Below, one piece after another: positions 58,271 to 64,000 of a stretch of DNA of 64,000 nucleotides. The stretch spans positions 19,923 to 83,922 of the forward strand of contig CAZFKU010000001.1 of NCBI GenBank assembly GCA_964518835.1, written 5' to 3'. A program made the position numbers and the translations under genes. The first letter of the stretch is position 1. Each line of letters begins with the position of its first letter. The notes beneath the pieces were generated by a model. The model saw nothing but the letters and a program-made list of their open reading frames with translations. It did not search any database and was not told the origin of the DNA. Source of the DNA: an uncultured bacterium. Its GTDB lineage: Bacteria; Fidelibacterota; Marinisomatia; Marinisomatales; AB-629-J13.

Positions 58271-59060
58271 TGGAATTAATGGATGAAAATGGATTCAGCC
58301 TTTTGAAAATATCATCGTGAATATATTTCCTGTTTTCAGCTAATTCATCCAGTTTAATTTTTTGTGTTTCGGTCAAACGTAGATTGGTGCTGACCTTTTT
58401 CAAAAACTGTATCTCATTTTTGCTAAAAGTTGGGATATCATTTAAATCAACATTCTGTAAAATACTTACCAAATTTGTGATATGTTTCAGTTGATTGTTT
58501 AATATTTCCACTACCAGTTTTTCAAAATCTTCAAATTTTTTATTTTGAATGTTCATAAAATCTGAGATAACCTTAATAAATAACATCCTGTGGACCGGAA
58601 TCCTGGACTTAAATAAATTCCAAATTGCTGATGCTTCCATATCAACAAGACTATCATATTTTCTATGTCCATTAATAGCAGGATTTTTTACTGTAGTTAA
58701 TGAAAACTCCTCCATTCCATGTTTAAATAAAACATCGGGATAAAATGATGTTCTGTTATTTTCATCTGTGATTTTGTTAATTAAAAATATATCGCCAATT
58801 TTACAGTGATCTGGGTTACCTCCGGCGGATCCAATATTCACGGTGAATAACTTTTGTTCTAAATTGTGAATGTTACAAAAATTCCGGATCGTTTTTTGAA
58901 CATTTGTTTTGCCAACTCCCGTAATTAGGAGGTTGATATTTTCCGTAGAATAGACAGAAATATACTTCGAATACTCCTTCTTTTTTAATCCGTAATAATG
59001 AATAATTGGAATAGCTTCCGCTTTTAATGCTGTGAGTATCAAGAGGTTGTTTTTCTTCAT
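58212..59060 (-). CDS. nucleoside phosphorylase / MTA-SAH nucleosidase superfamily protein
   Basis: 282 aa. N-terminus LLILTALKAEAIPI...LLITGVGKTN, then VNIGSAGG and DMEASAI, typical of the PNP_UDP_1 fold. Confidence 0.7.
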   Translation of the reverse strand: MKKNNLLILTALKAEAIPIIHYYGLKKKEYSKYISVYSTENINLLITGVGKTNVQKTIRNFCNIHNLEQKLFTVNIGSAGGNPDHCKIGDIFLINKITDENNRTSFYPDVLFKHGMEEFSLTTVKNPAINGHRKYDSLVDMEASAIWNLFKSRIPVHRMLFIKVISDFMNIQNKKFEDFEKLVVEILNNQLKHITNLVSILQNVDLNDIPTFSKNEIQFLKKVSTNLRLTETQKIKLDELAENRKYIHDDIFKRLNPFSSINSNDKHHRNEIFKKICSVLST

Positions 59061-59175
59061 TTTATTATTACAAAACTAAGTACATTACAATTTAGAAATG
59101 TAACTCTTTTTAGGATGAATATTTTGTTGTAATAGAGAAAATTGGGGTGAAACCAACTAAGCGGATATTGCTATA

Positions 59176-59808
59176 TTATTTTTTCATTAATTTTAACGCA
59201 GTCTTTTCAGTTTCCATCAGCATTTGGGGTAAAACCCTCATTTGAGCCTGTTTAACAACCCAAGCAGGTATTTGTCCCCCTGGGTTTGTTAAAACGATAT
59301 AAATGAGATATTCCTTTCCCTCTTTTGTTGAAATTATCCAACTTCCCATATTTACAGGTGCAATGATCAAATCCTTATTGACAATCTGTTCAACGGAGAT
59401 ATTATACCAATCTATTCGGTTCCTGTTGCGAATATGTTGAAATTGATAAAGCCGGGGAGCAAGAAACGGAATGTCAATGATCTGCCATGCTGCCTGGGTT
59501 GAATCCTGTTTTTTATAAATACCTGAATCCGTAATGAAAGCGCTGGGGAGTGCCTTTGGATAATTTGTTACGTCCCAGACTACATCCAGAATGGATTTGG
59601 GTTTAGCCTTTAGAATCATTTCAATTTTAAAAGCGGGAATTGGATAACCGTCAAACTTGTACTCAGACAATTGATATTTTTCTGTCTGTTTTACAGGTTT
59701 CCATTGAATGAAATTCATAAGGCTGTCCCAGACAGAAGGATAATTATCATCAGAGAAACCGAAAGAAATGAAAAGTGCAGGAAAAACTAATTTTGTGTAT
59801 ATTTTCAA
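59176..59808 (-). CDS. secreted hypothetical protein (weak START/SRPBCC-like impression)
   Basis: 210 aa with a signal peptide MKIYTKLVFPALFISFG. The pattern and length suggest a lipid-binding START-like fold, but no diagnostic motif is present. Confidence 0.4.
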   Translation of the reverse strand: MKIYTKLVFPALFISFGFSDDNYPSVWDSLMNFIQWKPVKQTEKYQLSEYKFDGYPIPAFKIEMILKAKPKSILDVVWDVTNYPKALPSAFITDSGIYKKQDSTQAAWQIIDIPFLAPRLYQFQHIRNRNRIDWYNISVEQIVNKDLIIAPVNMGSWIISTKEGKEYLIYIVLTNPGGQIPAWVVKQAQMRVLPQMLMETEKTALKLMKK

Positions 59809-59837
59809 AAACCAATTATTTTTTCAAGATCATCAAA

Positions 59838-61247
59838 TTAATCCATGATTTGCCTTACAATTTCATCGGTAATTTTTTTTTCTACTCTTTCAGCTAACTT
59901 TTTTAACGCTTCTCTGGAGGCTTTTTCATAGTCCGAATGAGTACCCTTAATATCATTAAAATTATTTGCAAACAGGATGTTTTCTCCATCCTTAAAGTAA
60001 ATACTCATTTGAGCAACAGATGAAAATAGCGAATAAGCTTCACCTCTTTTTTGGGTATCAATTTTGATATCCAATGTATAATCGGACTTGAGCTTTTCAT
60101 TGATGAAAGTTGCGCTCAATTTTTCCTCAAGAGATTTTATGATAATGGGTGTAACTATAGGATTTGCAAGTGTTTTACCGAGACTTTTCTCTTCACTGAT
60201 GAGATACAGGGTGATTGGTTTCACTTTGATATTAAAAAAGGTTGTTGGAATGAGAGGTCCTTTAAATTCTGAATATAGGTATATTCCAATTTCATCATCA
60301 CCGGTAAAGGATAACATATCCAATTCAGCTTTAATTTGATAATAGTTCAGCATTTCGTTGAGATTTTGTATAGTGGATTGAACATTACCAGTTTTATCAG
60401 AATTCATCTTTTCAGTCAAAGAACCGTTTCCTTCAGAAAATTTAAATATTACTGGGAGTTCATTTAAATCAATACTATTCCCAATTGATGTTTTATAGCG
60501 GACTTTTAATTCAAGAGGTTTCAGCGGAAGTTGTCCCAGATTTGTCTTGATATTTTTTTTATGTGGTGTCAGTGTTATTTGTGTTAACAACTTTTCTATT
60601 TGTTTCCTTAATACAAGGTCCAAATTAATGAATTCGCCGGGATTATACGGGTCATTGATAATTAATATTTGGTCCTGATATGGAATAAGTGATTTCAATC
60701 CGGTTAAAAAATATTTTAGAGCAATCACCGGATTAAACTGAAGATGATTGATTCCTTCCTCATAATTACTGCCTGCAGATTCCAGTGCCTTCGAAATTTT
60801 TCTGTTTAATATTTCCCTGTAAACCATTTTAGAAAGACGATTATACACATAAAAATAATTTTCATCTTCCCATTCTCCAATATGTTCAACTCCCTCCAAA
60901 CTTAATTTTGAACGAGCAGAAGAAATCATTTCAAAACTTTTGTCTAAAAAATACTCATTTTTTAATCCTTTTTTTTCTATTTCCTTTACCTTACTCACAC
61001 TGGAAACATTTATATCTGATTTTATTGCTTGTGCTATGGTACCCAAAGAGTTTGTCCTTGCTCTGCCTATATAATCTTCTGCTGTTCCTGTTTTGGAAAC
61101 CTTGGCAAAACCATGTATAAACTCGGATTGGATTCGTTGCTCAGCCTTTAACCACACAGGTGGTTTGGATGGACTACAGGAACTACATAAAAAAACACCG
61201 GCCAGGAATAGTCCTGCAGCCGGTGTCAAACGGTAATTATCTTTCAT
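59838..61247 (-). CDS. hypothetical lipoprotein
   Basis: 469 aa. Lipobox-like LFLAGVFLCSSC. No recognised domain. Confidence 0.55.
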   Translation of the reverse strand: MKDNYRLTPAAGLFLAGVFLCSSCSPSKPPVWLKAEQRIQSEFIHGFAKVSKTGTAEDYIGRARTNSLGTIAQAIKSDINVSSVSKVKEIEKKGLKNEYFLDKSFEMISSARSKLSLEGVEHIGEWEDENYFYVYNRLSKMVYREILNRKISKALESAGSNYEEGINHLQFNPVIALKYFLTGLKSLIPYQDQILIINDPYNPGEFINLDLVLRKQIEKLLTQITLTPHKKNIKTNLGQLPLKPLELKVRYKTSIGNSIDLNELPVIFKFSEGNGSLTEKMNSDKTGNVQSTIQNLNEMLNYYQIKAELDMLSFTGDDEIGIYLYSEFKGPLIPTTFFNIKVKPITLYLISEEKSLGKTLANPIVTPIIIKSLEEKLSATFINEKLKSDYTLDIKIDTQKRGEAYSLFSSVAQMSIYFKDGENILFANNFNDIKGTHSDYEKASREALKKLAERVEKKITDEIVRQIMD

Positions 61248-61270
61248 TTATTTAAAGGAGTTATGAAAAA

Positions 61271-61861
61271 TCACATCTCTTTTCTTTGCCTGTAGGCTTC
61301 AACTTTCCTCTCCATTTCCTCATAAAGTTCCGTAGCACGGATGGCATCATAAATTTCTTTATCAGCTTTAATTCTATCCAAAAGACGTTTTTGAGCTGCA
61401 CCTTCGTCCCATTCCACAAGGATATAGGCTCGAAAAATATCCTGACTGTCAGATTTCTCCTCTAATATTTCCTTTTTAACGATGTCATAGTCTTTCAAGG
61501 CTGTTGATATTATTTGTTCTTGCGTTTGAGAAAATCTGTCCAAAATATCAGAATTGGTGCTTATTCCTGTTTCTTCTCTTACACGTTTCACCAATGCATT
61601 CATTTCAGAGTCCATTGCACCAGCTAATTGATTCGCAGCATCTAAAGTTGCTTTATTCACTGCCAGTTGTAAGTCCCTGCTGGTAGAAGTAGCTCCGGCA
61701 TATCTAAACCCATCTTTGTGAGGAGTATTTATGTACCAATCGGGGATATTTTTCATTATCTTTCTGGTTGGTTCCGGAGAAAGATTTGGTCCTTTAGTGG
61801 TACCGCATCCGGTTAGAAAAAAAGTGATAAAAAGAACGATGGTTATATTTTTATTCAGCAT
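61271..61861 (-). CDS. LPP20-like lipoprotein
   Basis: 196 aa. Lipobox FFLTGCG. PDWYINTP...YAGATSTSRDLQLAVNKATLDAANQLAG resembles the LPP20 lipoprotein family. Confidence 0.6.
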   Translation of the reverse strand: MLNKNITIVLFITFFLTGCGTTKGPNLSPEPTRKIMKNIPDWYINTPHKDGFRYAGATSTSRDLQLAVNKATLDAANQLAGAMDSEMNALVKRVREETGISTNSDILDRFSQTQEQIISTALKDYDIVKKEILEEKSDSQDIFRAYILVEWDEGAAQKRLLDRIKADKEIYDAIRATELYEEMERKVEAYRQRKEM

Positions 61862-61990
61862 GTTTAATCTCCTGGTTGTTTAGTAATTAATTCATTTATA
61901 TTTGATTTGTTCCATTTAATAAACAATTATGATTCTAAGACACATGAACAGGTAAAAAATTAAAAACAAATAGAGTTCATAAAAATAAAA

Positions 61991-62011
61991 AAGGGCTGAT
62001 AGCCAGCCCTT
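61991..62011 (-). terminator. bidirectional terminator-like hairpin
   Basis: AAGGGCTG-atagc-CAGCCCTT is a perfect 8-bp stem, flanked by an A-run upstream and a T-run downstream on both strands. Confidence 0.5.
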
Positions 62012-62102
62012 TTCTAATAATAAAGATAAGAGATTCGGGAAAATTTGCGGATTTATCCGCTTTTTATAAACTAATTGTATAAATAATAATTTGACCATGG
62101 TA

Positions 62103-62133
62103 GTAAAAAAGGGAAGGATTTACCCTTTTTTAC
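62103..62133 (-). terminator. rho-independent terminator candidate after 62158-62688
   Basis: GTAAAAAAGGG-aaggattta-CCCTTTTTTAC is a perfect 11-bp inverted repeat 25 nt after the stop. A GGG/CCC core is followed by a T-run on either strand. Confidence 0.55.
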
Positions 62134-62157
62134 TCCATAATCAATCTATTTTAGGTT

Positions 62158-62688
62158 TTAACCAACGTTACCTGTTTTGGCTCCTTTTTTGGTTTTACCG
62201 GTATTTTTATATCCTTTTGTGTTCTCATTGGGTTCCGGTATATCTGGTATTTTTGAGCCAGATTTCTCACATTTAGAAGCTTCGCCAAGAATTTTGTTTT
62301 TGTCAAACGAAGTTAGCGTTTCCCCTTTTTGCCATTTATTGTAAGATTTACCAAATCCAAATTTCCTTTGATACCAATTTGCTTTACTCAATTGGTCATC
62401 AAGACAGATTTTGAATTCAGTATCTGATTCAAAAGATTCACCTTTTTTGTATTTCGCTTCTTTTACAATTGGACTTATTACACCTGATTGGTAACTGCCC
62501 TTATCATCCTGACTACCTTTTACCTTTTCGATGCCTGACTTAAGTTTGCTTTTACTTTTTTGCTTGGCTTTTGTTTTGCTTTTTTGGTAGGATGACTTCA
62601 TTTTTCTTTTAGATGATTGTGCATCCATCACTGAAGCAGATACAAAGAAGGCAACCGCAATGATTAAAATACGTGTTATTAATTTCAT
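62158..62688 (-). CDS. secreted lysine-rich hypothetical protein
   Basis: 176 aa. Signal peptide MKLITRILIIAVAFFVSASVMDA, then the basic low-complexity stretch SSKRKMKSSYQKSKTKAKQKSKSKLK. Confidence 0.5.
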   Translation of the reverse strand: MKLITRILIIAVAFFVSASVMDAQSSKRKMKSSYQKSKTKAKQKSKSKLKSGIEKVKGSQDDKGSYQSGVISPIVKEAKYKKGESFESDTEFKICLDDQLSKANWYQRKFGFGKSYNKWQKGETLTSFDKNKILGEASKCEKSGSKIPDIPEPNENTKGYKNTGKTKKGAKTGNVG

Positions 62689-62789
62689 TTTATTTTCCTT
62701 TTATTTTATTTTGTGGGATTTAAGTTGAGAAAAGTCTATTTGTTTCTATTATATATAGATTAAAAAAATTTTAAAATTTGCATAAATAA

Positions 62790-64000
62790 TTACTCATAAG
62801 TTGATATTTCTTCTTTTAAAATACGAATACCTTTTAAAAACTTCTTATCAAACGCATTATTGTAGTCATTCACTTCATAAAAGAATTGGGCGATCTCATT
62901 GTCCAATACGTAAGTATCCATATGGAGCACTTCAGGAGATGGAAACAATATTTCAAGCCCTGCAGTAAAATTACTGATATTCTTCTGAATTTTGGGATTC
63001 ATTTCCAAGACTCTTCGTAATACTAATATTTCATACAGTCTTCTTTCATGTTTTGTTTTATGGAGCATAACAGCATTCCCATCAATTGAATCATTAATAT
63101 CTTTTAAATGCTTTTTATAATGTCTGTCATCCAACTTTACTTCGGAAACATTAGCAACAGAACGACGTAAATGTTCCTCATTACTATGGTCTCCCGTATC
63201 GTTTTTAAATGAAAGAACTAAAGCTGTATTAGATTTGGATTGCATATATTTTTCATAAGTACTTTTAAATCTTTTTGTGTAAACATTGAATGGATCATTG
63301 TCCGCTGAAGCAAAATATATGATATTTGAGGGATTGATATATTTATAATATTCAACCCTTTCAACTAAATTATAAAGCATTCTCCTGATCAGTACATCTT
63401 CACCGGGAATTGATCCGGAGGTTAATTGATTAAAATCGTCACGCATTCCTGCAGAAGGATAATAAGTCTGAATATCCTTAATATCTATTATCACATTTTG
63501 ATAGATCGGGGTATTTAATGCAAATCCAAGATCAAATACATCTGTATTTTGAATACGGTAACTGTTTTGGAATAGCATATTGCCAAGAGATTGAAAAATC
63601 TCCGAATCTTTTGGAATTACCCTTGTGAAGTCCTTATCAGGTACATCCACAATATGGGGTGTAATTACAACAATCACTTCTTTGCTGTCTTCTTTTTTTA
63701 CCTTGTAACGAAATAATTTCCCCAACCATGGAATAGAACTTAAAAGAGGAATTCTCCCTTCCTGATATGTGTCTTTTTTTGAAATAAGACCACCAATTAT
63801 AAAGGGAGTATTATTTGCTACCTGAACATAAGATTGGACTTTTCTGCTGTTAATTGTTGGAGCAACGGAGAAACCGGTAGATGAAGCAGTTCCTACAAGT
63901 GATTCTTCAGTTTCACTGATAATCGTTTCTACCTGAATCGTAATTTCATCCCGGTTTGCGCTGACCCGAGGTCTCAGATTGAGTACAATACCCACGGGAA
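62790..64000 (-). CDS. secretin (GspD/PilQ family) with a long C-terminal extension; N-terminus lies beyond the window end (partial)
   Basis: The frame is open to position 64000. The secretin C-domain pattern is GIVLNLRPRVS..DEITIQVE...SRKVQSYVQV.NNTPFIIGGLI....EGRIPLLSSIPWLGKLF.......EVIVVITPHIV. About 290 further residues follow it (62793-63674). Confidence 0.8.
   Translation of the reverse strand, partial: PVGIVLNLRPRVSANRDEITIQVETIISETEESLVGTASSTGFSVAPTINSRKVQSYVQVANNTPFIIGGLISKKDTYQEGRIPLLSSIPWLGKLFRYKVKKEDSKEVIVVITPHIVDVPDKDFTRVIPKDSEIFQSLGNMLFQNSYRIQNTDVFDLGFALNTPIYQNVIIDIKDIQTYYPSAGMRDDFNQLTSGSIPGEDVLIRRMLYNLVERVEYYKYINPSNIIYFASADNDPFNVYTKRFKSTYEKYMQSKSNTALVLSFKNDTGDHSNEEHLRRSVANVSEVKLDDRHYKKHLKDINDSIDGNAVMLHKTKHERRLYEILVLRRVLEMNPKIQKNISNFTAGLEILFPSPEVLHMDTYVLDNEIAQFFYEVNDYNNAFDKKFLKGIRILKEEISTYE

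Noticed and set aside
59071-59078. Bacteroidota-type -7 promoter motif TAnnTTTG (TAGTTTTG on the minus strand) upstream of 58212-59060; a similar TAAATTTG lies upstream of 30842-32602
   Set aside because: Such 8-mers are expected by chance in AT-rich spacers. The phylum, and hence the sigma specificity, is not established, and the spacing to the ATG is inconsistent between the two cases.
61916-62276. 60-61 aa ORFs at 61916-62098 (minus) and 62091-62276 (plus)
   Set aside because: They run through terminator-like hairpins and AT-rich spacer, or antisense to the 62158-62688 gene. They give Leu/Phe/Ile-rich nonsense-like peptides with no start context.
1-64000. Genome-wide TGA reassignment (genetic code 4 or 25) as the explanation for the two in-frame TGAs
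   Set aside because: TGA ends several well-delimited genes exactly where the protein should end. Examples are 10573-10575 right after a complete T9SS tail, 8272-8274, and 37356-37358 at an operon junction. The standard code therefore applies.
1-64000. Mobile elements, CRISPR arrays, tRNA or rRNA genes, prophage or defence genes
   Set aside because: I looked for transposase or integrase motifs, direct-repeat arrays and cloverleaf-like sequence in the intergenic regions and found none. The cargo island has no visible integration scars, so I do not call it a mobile island.

Overview
This is an AT-rich bacterial chromosomal segment with about 47 genes, all but three on the minus strand. I saw no rRNA, tRNA, CRISPR array, transposase or integrase. 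All family calls come from reading motifs in the translations; no database search was run. Many proteins end in the same C-terminal sorting domain (FPNPFNP...LLK). That domain marks type IX secretion (T9SS), so the organism probably belongs to the FCB group (Bacteroidota, Ignavibacteria or Marinimicrobia-like); this is inference. Housekeeping blocks: NSS transporter, ridA and alaS (617-5810); cdsA, a lipid kinase, rlpA and pyrD/pyrK (41122-45091); an SDR, a homocysteine methyltransferase, an SPL-type radical SAM enzyme and a nucleosidase (52889-59060); lipoproteins and a partial secretin (59838-64000). Accessory content: a co-directional island of about 22 kb (10855-32602) plus 47640-52836. 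Together they encode nine secreted multidomain proteins: two gingipain-like C25 peptidases, a PAD/agmatine-deiminase-family enzyme, an S8 subtilase, an M14 carboxypeptidase, a double PSCyt1 cytochrome-c-like protein, an unknown-head protein and two beta-helix proteins. Eight share one ordered C-terminal cassette of about 300-370 aa that I cannot assign to a named domain; the ninth carries only its two repeats. Both beta-helix genes are interrupted by an in-frame TGA in a CxxU or UxxC context, and each TGA is followed by a similar 17-nt stem-loop, so these are candidate selenocysteine sites. A tightly coupled eight-gene operon (32720-41141) combines a roughly 1000-aa GlmL/MutL-type actin-fold ATPase with uncharacterised membrane proteins and an ABC ATPase that has no canonical start codon.
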